64,000 nt of DNA from Macrostomum lignano (taxonomy: Eukaryota): NCBI GenBank assembly GCA_002269645.1, contig NIVC01002129.1, positions 186,001 to 250,000 on the forward strand. The letters run 5' to 3'. This document shows positions 20,902 to 33,254 of this stretch, one piece after another (positions within the stretch are counted from its first letter, which is position 1; the number at the start of each line of letters is the position of its first letter). The notes beneath the pieces were generated by a model that saw only the letters and a program-made list of their open reading frames with translations, searched no databases and was not told the origin of the DNA. The position numbers and the translations under genes were made by a program.

Positions 20902-23426
20902 TTATTCGCATCCTATAGTGTGCAACAGTGGAAAAGCAACCAACTTGCCATTTAGAGTGATAACAAGCGCTTTGCAGTGAAGTTCATCAATGCCTAGTAT
21001 GCAATGGGTATCTGACAGGCTGCTCACAACAGAAATCATGTTGGTTTGGAAAGAGTTCACTGGGGTGTTATAAAGAGGCTCAGATGAGCAGAAGCGTCGC
21101 ACATGCAAGTAGCAGGAATTTCCCGCGGCAGAGAAAATGTGAAAAATTCGGTAAACACTTCCTGTCCTGCTCATCACATAGCAGTCAGGCTTCAACACGG
21201 ACAAAAAAGTAGACCTACGGGGAAGCTCTAATCTAGCAAATGCCCCAGAAGGCTTGATGGACAGAAAAAGCAGAGGCAATGGAACAGGTCTTGACAGAGA
21301 AAAGAGTGTTGCTTCCGAGTTAGCATGTTTTTTAGAAAGCCTAGCGTGACATCTCTCTCAGAAATTCGCTTTACAACTTGCTGAAGCGCCATAAAGGGAC
21401 CACGACAAAAACCAGAAATAAAACGCTGAAAATTTTCTCCCCAAAAACAACTGAAATTTTCTAGTGGGCCGAATCGACGGACATCTGCAGGAATATGTAT
21501 GAGCGTGTGCAGATTATAAACAATGAATTCGGGACCCCATAGCTTTTGACAGCGTCGTACAATCCACTTTGCCAAATTCTCAGCATAATCGCAGTGCTGA
21601 CTGCTGTGAGTGGGATGGGATAAAATGAAGGAAAAAACATGCAAGCTTACAAAAAGAATGTACATCTCATCAGAGACGAGGCCCTGCAGCACAACAGGGG
21701 CTAAATACAGAAGAAACAAGCGAAATTCAACTGCCTTCCACTGCCCTAAAACATCAAGGGATCTGGGCCTTCGTGGAAAATCATGAGGGATGCTAGGCGC
21801 CACAGATTCTAAAGAGCAACTTTTTTCACGAAGAGAACACTGCGGAACGCGGTGAGGCACGGCTGCGCAAGCAAGGCTTTTCAAGCACTTGTGAACCACT
21901 CCCTCATACAACAGGTGCATGGGGTCGACTGGAAAAGTTGAAATCATGTCAATAGACAGGGAGCAAAAAATGCTTTTTGACAGAACATGGTTCTTATAAA
22001 CTTCATCTTCGGGGCAGTTTTCTTCTGAAGCTAAGCGAAAGCAAGCGTCTGTTCTAAGCGGTGTATTTAAGTCACAGAAAACAACTCTTCCACTGGCATA
22101 GTGACCTTGTACGGTGCACTTATCGCAAGCAAAATAGCCAGTGCAGTGTTTTGTGCCCCTTACAAAATGCCTTGCGGGAGCATCGCACATAACCATTTCT
22201 AGTTCAAATGTAGTAGAAATTCCATCTCGACAATAGCCGTTCAAAATTAGGTCGCGGAGCTCTGAGACACAATCAAGCAAGTAATCAGTTGCGGAAAATG
22301 GCTTTTTTAAGCCGCAATAAATTCCAATCACGAAATCGGAATGCAGAAGCCCTTTAACTCTCTTGTAAATCTCTTGAAGCCTCTTGTAAATCCTTGCTCC
22401 GTCCAAAAATAGATGAAGCTTTATTGCACCATGCATTGGCAAAGTACAATGGGAGAAAATAAAATTTAATCCGTGTACAACGCCGAAGTGATAGTAATTG
22501 CCAGGCTCCACGCTTTTAACGACAAGATCACGAGGTGTCTGCATCAGACTTCGATAGTCAGCAGGAAGCTCGGGATGAATTTCTAGCATTCGCCTCAGAA
22601 GGTCATTAACTGAGGTCACTGATGGGTTATTAGCTTGCACCCAGTCAAACAAAACACTACGCATTCCATTGGAGTGCTGCCGGTCAAACTCATCAATTTC
22701 TTCCTCAGCAGAGTCAGAGCCTGACAAAATGGAAAAAGTTCGTTGCAATTTATTAATGACATGATGATACGCTCGAGAGGGCTGAAAATAATCAATTCGA
22801 TGATCCGACCACGGAAAATTTTCTTATGTGGTTCCCAAACTGCACTAGCTACTTGCCTAAGTCGAAATCTCAGCAGCACAAAGTAAATGGGATGCAACAG
22901 CAGCAACCAAAAAATTGTTGAGGGAGCGGATCCTGAGGGTAAAGCAACAGCATGCTTCCTGCAATGAATTCGGCTAATTCAAGCCATCCAAAAACTCATA
23001 GTCTGAAGTATAGTATAAATTAAAGCCTAGGAACAGGATGACAGTAAATCCCCCAAACGGAACACTGAACAGGATGGCGATAAATCCCTCCAAACAATTA
23101 TAATTCTAATAAAAGAAAATGAAAGTTTTTACCTTGGACTTGCGATAGGGGAATGCGAAGGCAGTCTCGATGATCAACCTCTACAGTTCTTTCAGGTGTC
23201 TCCAGAGCATCTTCTTCGTCTAGTCGATTTTCTCCTTGCGTCAGTAGTGAAGCACATGGAGATGCCATGTGCCAAATTTGATCTTCGACCTCCTCCAGCA
23301 CTTTTTCAGCATGGTGCAGAGCTGGAGTTCCTGAATTACCGCTTTCGGTTTTTTTAATAGTTTCTCAAGATGATTTTTCGCATGCCTTCGTTGTGACCTT
23401 CTACTCACCCCGCCTCTTTTTTCCAT
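20902..23426 (-). pseudogene. EnSpm/CACTA (CMC) transposase, spliced (intron about 23130-22722), frameshifts near 23300 and 21300
   Basis: LFLDG, GIYCGLKKP, CDAPARHFVRGTKHCTGYFACDKC, FPVDPMHLLYEGV, WKAVEFRLFLLY, YNLHTLIHIPADVRRFGPLENFSCFWGEN, C-terminal FPLLH. Confidence 0.9.
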
Positions 23427-24636
23427 ACTGGATCTGAACTATTGAATTGCCTAAATTTTTTCACCTGACCATGCAGCGGCAGGAGCTAACCTTGCTAATC
23501 TAGTGCTGAGCAGCCTAATTGTTTGGAATCTGGTGGGGTTTATCGATAACGACTATGAGTGTCCCAGCCCTAAATTAATATTGGGAAGCTTGAATAGCTT
23601 ATTTAGACTCAATAGCAGCAACCTCTATGTTTACTTAACTGCTTAAAATTTAGCTAAAATATGCAAAAATTAACTCAAACTATAACTGATTGAAACTCGT
23701 TTGGACTAAAATGCGTGTACCGTTTAACTGTGAGCTACCGCTAGAACTGTCACTAAAATGTCCGCTATCTGATGCATGTACTGTAAATGCATAAAGCACA
23801 GCTTCAGTTATAGACTACAGTGATTCAGTGAAAATTTATAATCAGCAAATTAACAACTTAATTACACAACAGAATTGAATTAACAAATGCAAAGAGGCCA
23901 TAAAACCCACATACGCAGCTACATGTATATTCTGTCCACAGGAAGCGGGGAACCGTGGCCCAATCCGCTACCAGATAGCGGCAATCCTGATCAACCTTCA
24001 TCCAATAGCAAATTAGCCGCACAGATGAGCTCCTCATATCTTCTTTGTATTGTTGCTTCAGTCAAAAAAGCAAAGAACAATTGCTGCATGAACTTCAGCA
24101 TTGAGCACGGCATGCCATCAATTAGTGACGGTATACGCGACTGAATATGGTGGACTTCGCTTAGAATACATTTACAGTTGGGTTCACGGAAAGACGATTT
24201 TTCCATGGAATCGTTCTGGAGTTCTATAGAATATTTGTTCCCATTGGATGAAAGGCGGCCAATTGAGAGAACACTGACAGCCTCCCCCACCAAACCGCAA
24301 CCGGGAGAGAATGACACGGTGACGTGACAGTTGACAGTCAAAAGGCTTGTATACATTGCCAAGCTGTATCAGTAGCCTCAGCTTTGGGATTCTACACATC
24401 ATTAGAGTGTGCCAGTCGGTATCACCCGCAGAAAGAATCGCGTCTCTAGATTAATCCGCTTTCCAGATATTCGATGGCGGCGTTTCGGGATGACGTGACG
24501 AACGACGAGGACCAGTACCAGTACTCATTTTTAATTGAGAATGAGAAATTCTATTTTACAGAAATGAACGAATGGATGCTCTATACTGCACTTAGAAGAT
24601 CACGAAAGCACCCTTACAAAAATAAGGAAGTGGTTT

Positions 24637-27600
24637 AATTTGAGCTTTCCAGCGCTAGTTAAGGTCTTCTCAAGCTGATTTCAGCATTCCGGCGCTAATT
24701 CGGCGATCCTGGAAATTCGGCGATCGCCGATTTGGTGATCCTGGCGCCAAATTTGACTTCCGGCGCCAATTTGAGCTTTCCCGCGCCGATTTGCGCTATC
24801 CTGCGCCGATTTGAGCTTTCTAGCGCTGGTTTAGGTTTTCTTGAGCTGATTTCAGCATTCCGGCGCTGATTCAGCGATCCTGGCGCCGATTTGGTGATCC
24901 TGGCGCCAAATTTGACTTCCGGCGCCAATTTGAGCTTTCCCGCGCCGATTTGCGCTATCCTGCGCCGATTTGAGCTTTCTAGCGCTGGTTTAGGTTTTCT
25001 TGAGCTGATTTCAGCATTCCGGCGCTGATTCAGCGATCCTGGCGCCGATTTGGTGATCCTGGCGCCAAATTTGACTTCCGGCGCCAATTTGAGCTTTCCC
25101 GCGCCGATTTGCGCTATCCTGCGCCGATTTGAGCTTTCTAGCGCTGGTTTAGGTTTTCTTGAGCTGATTTCAGCATTCCGGCGCTGATTCAGCGATCCTG
25201 GCGCCGATTTGGTGATCCTAGCGCCAAATTTGACTTCCGGCGCCAATTTGAGCTTTCCCGCGCCGATTTGCGCTATCCTGCGCCGATTTGAGCTTTCTAG
25301 CGCTGGTTTAGGTTTTCTTGAGCTAATTTCAGCATTCCGGCGCTGATTCAGCGATCCTGGCGCCGATTTGGTGATCCTGGCGCCAAATTTGACTTCCGGC
25401 GCCAATTTGAGCTTTCCCGCGCCGATTTGCGCTATCCTGCGCCGATTTGAGCTTTCTAGCGCTAGTTTAGGTTTTCTTGAGCTGATTTCAGCATTCCGGC
25501 GCTGATTCAGCGATCCTGGCGCCGATTTGGTGATCCTAGCCCCAAATTTGACTTCCGGCGCCAATTTGAGCTTTCCCGCGCCGATTTGCGCTATCCTGCG
25601 CCGATTTGAGCTTTCTAGCGCCGATTTGCGCTATCCTGCGCCGATTTGAGCTTTCTAGCGCTAGTTTAGGTTTTCTTGAGCTGATTTCAGCATTCCGGCG
25701 CTGATTCAGCGATCCTGGCGCCGATTTGGTGATCCTAGCGCCAAATTTGACTTCCGGCGCCAATTTGAGCTTTCCCGCGCCGATTTGCGCTATCCTGCGC
25801 CGATTTGAGCTTTCTAGCGCTGGTTTAGGTTTTCTTGAGCTAATTTCAGCATTCCGGCGCTGATTCAGCGATCCTGGCGCCGATTTGGTGATCCTGGCGC
25901 CAAATTTGACTTCCGGCGCCAATTTGAGCTTTCCCGCGCCGATTTGCGCTATCCTGCGCCGATTTGAGCTTTCTAGCGCTAGTTTAGGTTTTCTTGAGCT
26001 GATTTCAGCATTCCGGCGCTGATTCAGCGATCCTGGCGCCGATTTGGTGATCCTAGCGCCGATTCGGCGATCCTGGCGCCAAATTTGACTTTCGGCGCCA
26101 ATTTGAGCTTTACCGCGCCAAGTTAAGCTTTCCAGCGCTGGTCCGGGCTTTATGGCGCTGATTTCAGCATTCCAACGCTGATTTGGCGATCCTCGCGCCG
26201 ATTTGGTGATCCTAGCGCCAAATTTGACTTCCGGCGCCAATTTGAGCTTTCCCGCGCCGATTTGCGCTATCCTGCGCCGATTTGAGCTTTCTAGCGCCGA
26301 TTTGCGCTATCCTGCGCCGATTTGAGCTTTCTAGCGCTGGTTTAGGTTTTCTTGAGCTGATTTCAGCATTCCGGCGCTGATTCAGCGATCCTGGCGCCGA
26401 TTTGGTGATCCTGGCGCCAAATTTGACTTCCGGCGCCAATTTGAGCTTTCCCGCGCCGATTTGCGCTATCCTGCGCCGATTTGAGCTTTCTAGCGCTGGT
26501 TTAGGTTTTCTTGAGCTGATTTCAGCATTCCGGCGCTGATTCAGCGATCCTGGCGCCGATTTGGTGATCCTAGCGCCAAATTTGACTTCCGGCGCCAATT
26601 TGAGCTTTCCCGCGCCGATTTGCGCTATCCTGCGCCGATTTGAGCTTTCTAGCGCTGGTTTAGGTTTTCTTGAGCTAATTTCAGCATTCCGGCGCTGATT
26701 CAGCGATCCTGGCGCCGATTTGGTGATCCTGGCGCCAAATTTGACTTCCGGCGCCAATTTGAGCTTTCCCGCGCCGATTTGCGCTATCCTGCGCCGATTT
26801 GAGCTTTCTAGCGCTAGTTTAGGTTTTCTTGAGCTGATTTCAGCATTCCGGCGCTGATTCAGCGATCCTGGCGCCGATTTGGTGATCCTAGCGCCAAATT
26901 TGACTTCCGGCGCCAATTTGAGCTTTCCCGCGCCGATTTGCGCTATCCTGCGCCGATTTGAGCTTTCTAGCGCTGGTTTAGGTTTTCTTGAGCTGATTTC
27001 AGCATTTCGGCGCTGATTCAGCGATCCTGGCGCCGATTTGATGATCCTGGCGCCGATTCGGCGATCCTGGCGCCAAATTTGACTTTCGGCGCCAATTTGA
27101 GCTTTACCGCGCCAAGTTAAGCTTTCCAGCGCTGGTCCGGGCTTTATGGCGCTGATTTCAGCATTCCAACGCTGATTTGGCGATCCTCGCGCCGATTTAG
27201 TGATCCTGGCGCCAAATTTGACTTTCAGCGCCAAATTGAGCTTTCCCGCGCCAATTTGAGCTATCCTGCGCCGATTTGAGCTTTCTAGCGCTGGTCCGGG
27301 CTTTTTGTCGCTGATTTTAGCATTCCGGCGCTGATTCGGTGATCCTGGCGCCGATTTAGTGATCCTGGCGCCAAATTTGACTTCCGGCGCCAATTTGAGC
27401 TTTCACGCGCCAATTTTAGCTATCTTGCGCCGATTTGAGCTTTCCAACGCTGGTCCGGGCTTTTTAGCGCTGATTTGGCGATACTGGCGCCGATTTGGTG
27501 ATCCTGACGCCAAATTAGACTTCCGGCGCCAATTTGAGCTTTCCCGCGCCTATTTGAGCTATCCTGCGCCGATTTGAGCTTTCTAGCGCTGGTCCGGGCT

Positions 27601-30600
27601 TTTTGGCGCTGATTTTAGCATTCCGGCGCTGATTCGGTGATCCTGGCGCCAAATTTGACTTCCAGCGCCAATTTGAGCTTTCCCGCGCCGATTTGAGCTT
27701 TCCAGCGCTGGTCCGGGCTTTTTAGCGCCAATTTGAGCTTTCCAGCGCTAGTTAAGGTCTTCTCAAGCTGATTTCAGCATTCCGGCGCTAATTCGGCGAT
27801 CCTGGCGCCGATTTGGTGATCCTGGCGCCAAATTTGACTTCCAGCGCCAATTTGAGCTTTCCCGCGCCGATTTGCGCTATCCTGCGCCGATTTGAGCTTT
27901 CTAGCGCTGGTTTAGGTTTTCTTGAGCTGATTTCAGCATTCCGGCGCTGATTCAGCGATCCTGGCGCCGATTTGGTGATCCTGGCGCCAAATTTGACTTC
28001 CGGCGCCAATTTGAGCTTTCCCGCGCCGATTTGCGCTATCCTGCGCCGATTTGAGCTTTCTAGCGCTAGTTTAGGTTTTCTTGAGCTGATTTCAGCATTC
28101 CGGCGCTGATTCAGCGATCCTGGCGCCGATTTGGTGATCCTAGCGCCAAATTTGACTTCCGGCGCCAATTTGAGCTTTCCCGCGCCGATTTGCGCTATCC
28201 TGCGCCGATTTGAGCTTTCTAGCGCTGGTTTAGGTTTTCTTGAGCTGATTTCAGCATTTCGGCGCTGATTCAGCGATCCTGGCGCCGATTTGATGATCCT
28301 GGCGCCGATTCGGCGATCCTGGCGCCAAATTTGACTTTTGGCGCCAATTTGAGCTTTACCGCACCAAGTTAAGCTTTCCAGCGCTGGTCCAAGCTTTATG
28401 GCGCTGATTTCAGCATTCCAACGCTTATTTGGGGATCCTCGCGCCGATTTAGTGATCCTGGCGCCGATTTGGTGATCCTGGCGCCAAATTTGACTTCCGG
28501 CGCCAATTTGAGCTTTCCCGCGCCGATTTGCGCTATCCTGCGCCGATTTGAGCTTTCTAGCGCTAGTTTAGGTTTTCTTGAGCTGATTTCAGCATTCCGG
28601 CGCTGATTCAGCGATCCTGGCGCCGATTTGGTGATCCTAGCGCCAAATTTGACTTCCGGCGCCAATTTGAGCTTTCCCGCGCCGATTTGCGCTATCCTGC
28701 GCCGATTTGAGCTTTCTAGCGCTGGTTTAGGTTTTCTTGAGCTGATTTCAGCATTTCGGCGCTGATTCAGCGATCCTGGCGCCGATTTGATGATTCTGGC
28801 GCCGATTCGGCGATCCTGGCGCCAAATTTGACTTTCGGCGCCAATTTGAGCTTTACCGCGCCAAGTTAAGCTTTCCAGCGCTGGTCCGGGCTTTATGGCG
28901 CTGATTTCAGCATTCCAACGCTGATTTGGCGATCCTCGCGCCGATTTGGTGATCCTAGCGCCAAATTTGACTTCCGGCGCCAATTTGAGCTTTCCCGCGC
29001 CGATTTGCGCTATCCTGCGCCGATTTGAGCTTTCTAGCGCCGATTTGCGCTATCCTGCGCCGATTTGAGCTTTCTAGCGCTGGTTTAGGTTTTCTTGAGC
29101 TGATTTCAGCATTCCGGCGCTGATTCAGCGATCCTGGCGCCGATTTGGTGATCCTAGCGCCAAATTTGACTTCCGGCGCCAATTTGAGCTTTCCCGCGCC
29201 GATTTGCGCTATCCTGCGCCGATTTGAGCTTTCTAGCGCTGGTTTAGGTTTTCTTGAGCTAATTTCAGCATTCCGGCGCTGATTCAGCGATCCTGGCGCC
29301 GATTTGGTGATCCTGGCGCCAAATTTGACTTCCGGCGCCAATTTGAGCTTTCCCGCGCCGATTTGCGCTATCCTGCGCCGATTTGAGCTTTCTAGCGCTG
29401 GTTTAGGTTTTCTTGAGCTGATTTCAGCATTCCGGCGCTGATTCAGCGATCCTGGCGCCGATTTGGTGATCCTAGCGCCAAATTTGACTTCCGGCGCCAA
29501 TTTGAGCTTTCCCGCGCCGATTTGCGCTATCCTGCGCCGATTTGAGCTTTCTAGCGCTGGTTTAGGTTTTCTTGAGCTAATTTCAGCATTCCGGCGCTGA
29601 TTCAGCGATCCTGGCGCCGATTTGGTGATCCTGGCGCCAAATTTGACTTCCGGCGCCAATTTGAGCTTTCCCGCGCCGATTTGCGCTATCCTGCGCCGAT
29701 TTGAGCTTTCTAGCGCTAGTTTAGGTTTTCTTGAGCTGATTTCAGCATTTCGGCGCTGATTCAGCGATCCTGGCGCCGATTTGGTGATCCTGGCGCCGAT
29801 TCGGCGATCCTGGCGCCAAATTTGACTTTCGGCGCCAATTTGAGCTTTACCGCGCCAAGTTAAGCTTTCCAGCGCTGGTCCGGGCTTTATGGCGCTGATT
29901 TCAGCATTCCAACGCTGATTTGGCGATCCTCGCGCCGATTTAGTGATCCTGGCGCCAAATTTGACTTTCAGCGCCAAATTGAGCTTTCCCGCGCCAATTT
30001 GAGCTATCCTGCGCCGATTTGAGCTTTCTAGCGCTGGTCCGGGCTTTTTGGCGCTGATTTTAGCATTCCGGCGCTGATTCGGTGATCCTGGCGCCGATTT
30101 AGTGATCCTGGCGCCAAATTTGACTTCCGGCGCCAATTTGAGCTTTCACGCGCCAATTTTAGCTATCTTGCGCCGATTTGAGCTTTCCAACGCTGGTCCG
30201 GGCTTTTTAGCGCTGATTTGGCGATACTGGCGCCGATTTGGTGATCCTGACGCCAAATTAGACTTCCGGCGCCAATTTGAGCTTTCCCGCGCCTATTTGA
30301 GCTATCCTGCGCCGATTTGAGCTTTCTAGCGCTGGTCCGGGCTTTTTGGCGCTGATTTTAGCATTCCGGCGCTGATTCGGTGATCCTGGCGCCAAATTTG
30401 ACTTCCGGCGCCAATTTGAGCTTTCCCGCGCCGATTTGAGCTTTCCAGCGCTGGTCCGGGCTTTTTAGCGCCAATTTGAGCTTTCCAGCGCTAGTTAAGG
30501 TCTTCTCAAGCTGATTTCAGCATTCCGGCGCTAATTCGGCGATCCTGGCGCCGATTTGGTGATCCTGGCGCCAAATTTGACTTCCAGCGCCAATTTGAGC

Positions 30601-32060
30601 TTTCCCGCGTCGATTTGCGCTATCCTGCGCCGATTTGAGCTTTCTAGCGCTGGTTTAGGTTTTCTTGAGCTGATTTCAGCATTCCGGCGCTGATTCAGCG
30701 ATCCTGGCGCCGATTTGGTGATCCTGGCGCCAAATTTGACTTCCGGCGCCAATTTGAGCTTTCCCGCGCCGATTTGCGCTATCCTGCGCCGATTTGAGCT
30801 TTCTAGCGCTAGTTTAGGTTTTCTTGAGCTGATTTCAGCATTCCGGCGCTGATTCAGCGATCCTGGCGCCGATTTGGTGATCCTAGCGCCAAATTTGACT
30901 TCCGGCGCCAATTTGAGCTTTCCCGCGCCGATTTGCGCTATCCTGCGCCGATTTGAGCTTTCTAGCGCTGGTTTAGGTTTTCTTGAGCTGATTTCAGCAT
31001 TTCGGCGCTGATTCAGCGATCCTGGCGCCGATTTGATGATCCTGGCGCCGATTCGGCGATCCTGGCGCCAAATTTGACTTTCGGCGCCAATTTGAGCTTT
31101 ACCGCGCCAAGTTAAGCTTTCCAGCGCTGGTCCGGGCTTTATGGCGCTGATTTCAGCATTCCAACGCTGATTTGGCGATCCTCGCGCCGATTTAGTGATC
31201 CTGGCGCCAAATTTGACTTTCAGCGCCAAATTGAGCTTTCCCGCGCCAATTTGAGCTATCCTGCGCCGATTTGAGCTTTCTAGCGCTGGTCCGGGCTTTT
31301 TGGCGCTGATTTTAGCATTCCGGCGCTGATTCGGTGATCCTGGCGCCGATTTGGTGATCCTGGCGCCAAATTTGACTTCCGGCGCCAATTTGAGCTTTCA
31401 CGCGCCAATTTTAGCTATCTTGCGCCGATTTGAGCTTTCCAACGCTGGTCCGGGCTTTTTAGCGCTGATTTGGCGATACTGGCGCCGATTTGGTGATCCT
31501 GACGCCAAATTAGACTTCCGGCGCCAATTTGAGCTTTCCCGCGCCTATTTGAGCTATCCTGCGCCGATTTGAGCTTTCTAGCGCTGGTCCGGGCTTTTTG
31601 GCGCTGATTTTAGCATTCCGGCGCTGATTCGGTGATCCTGGCGCCAAATTTGACTTCCGGCGCCAATTTGAGCTTTCCCGCGCCGATTTGAGCTTTCCAG
31701 CGCTGGTCCGGGCTTTTTAGCGCCAATTTGAGCTTTCCAGCGCTAGTTAAGGTCTTCTCAAGCTGATTTCAGCATTCCGGCGCTAATTCGGCGATCCTGG
31801 CGCCGATTTGGTGATCCTGGCGCCAAATTTGACTTCCAGCGCCAATTTGAGCTTTCCCGCGCCGATTTGCGCTATCCTGCGCCGATTTGAGCTTTCTAGC
31901 GCTGGTTTAGGTTTTCTTGAGCTGATTTCAGCATTCCGGCGCTAATTCGGCGATCCTGGCGCCGATTTGGTGATCCTGGCGCCAAATTTGACTTCCAGCG
32001 CCAATTTGAGCTTTCCCGCGCCGATTTGAGCTTTCCAGCGCCGATTTGAGCTTTCCGAGC
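24637..32060. repeat. 159-bp GC-rich satellite made of eight ~20-bp subunits, with kb-scale higher-order repeats
   Basis: Same phase at 24883, 25042 and 25201; marker variant GTTAAGGTCTTCTCAAG at 24658, 27751, 30494 and 31746. Confidence 0.97.
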
Positions 32061-32291
32061 GTTTTTGGGCTTTAAGGCATGACTTCAGGGATCAGCGCAG
32101 ATTTATATCTATTTGGCACTATAAAAATCAAAAGTGTCATTTTTGGACTTGTTATTGTTTATTGTTTTGTTATTGATTATTTTTCAATTAGGTATACTCC
32201 ATCTAGATCACTGTTTGCTCAGAGCACGGACTACTACTAGTATCTACTAGTGGTCCTTGGCTCAGAGTTCAGGATCTACTAAATATCGTTA

Positions 32292-32770
32292 CTCAGCAAC
32301 ATTGAAAAGTCGCCACTCTATGCGCCAGAGAGTAATATATTATTAGTGAGTGAGTTAAAATATTATAAATAAAAGATATGATATAAACTAATCAAGGTAG
32401 CTTTAATCCAGTGGTTCTCAATCTATGGGTCGCGACCCCCAGTGGGGTTGCGTGACCATTTTCTGGGGGTCGCAGCACGAAGAAATGTGTGAGTTTGTCA
32501 TACATAATAATGCATTACATGTATATTGATTTTAAAAGGGGTCGCGAACATTAAAAATGATGCAAGTGAATAAATTGGGGTCGCCTGAAAAAAGGTTGAG
32601 AACCGCTGCTTTAATCCGTCCAACCCTCGCACACCGCTCCCCCACTTCATTCCTCAACTCAAGTCTGCCGCGTGGCGTTGCGTCACTCGCAAAGATTGAG
32701 AGACTTCACCTGCACTCTCAAAAGTGACGACCACAGACTTCTGTGATGGCGACTTTTCGATGTTGCTGAG
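32292..32770. mobile_element. Putative non-autonomous element bounded by 24-bp inverted repeats; hosts the Charlie MITE
   Basis: CTCAGCAACATTGAAAAGTCGCCA and TGGCGACTTTTCGATGTTGCTGAG (1 mismatch); no clear TSD. Confidence 0.5.
32409..32608. mobile_element. hAT-Charlie-type MITE (200 bp)
   Basis: TIRs CAGTGGTTCTCAA / TTGAGAACCGCTG; perfect 8-bp TSD CTTTAATC. Confidence 0.92.
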
Positions 32771-33254
32771 ATTTACGAAGTTATTATAATTGAGTTATGA
32801 TTTACTTTTACTACTTAATTGTGCAATGCCTTTGTCTTAATCTTTAACCCACTCGATGCACTGTTAGTGATGAGTTATGTTGCCACACAGAATCGCCCAT
32901 ATCGCTTTTATCGCTTTTTATCACCTTCCTCCAGGCCATTCAGTCATGCTACTCTCGTCCTACCCTATAGGTAGTCTGTATCTCTACCTATTGTCCTATC
33001 TCGCGATCCTCTCCTTTACAGTATATCACTCTTCTGATCTTTCATCACCCTAACCTACAGGAGTAGGGGGGAGGGGGGAGATAGGGCGCATGAGGGCGGG
33101 AATCAGAGTTTTCGCAGACGGAAATCTTCCTAATGAAGTTTATTAAGCCTTTGAATAGGCCTTTAACCCCCCCCCCCCAACTAAAACCGCACCTGCGTGT
33201 AATCCCACAATGTGTAGTATATATAATGTATGAAACAATATTTGATGTTTAATG

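Noticed and set aside
23887-24420. ORFs between the transposase and the satellite
   Set aside because: No recognisable motif in any frame and no consistent splice structure.
24695-31388. Long Lys/Arg-rich ORFs with a 53-aa repeat (APEVKFGARITK...)
   Set aside because: They are translations of the 159-bp satellite. One stop-free frame out of six is unsurprising for a short GC-rich unit, and the frames break at monomer variants.
24637-32060. CRISPR-like repeat-spacer array
   Set aside because: There are no unique spacers, no cas genes, and the context is eukaryotic.
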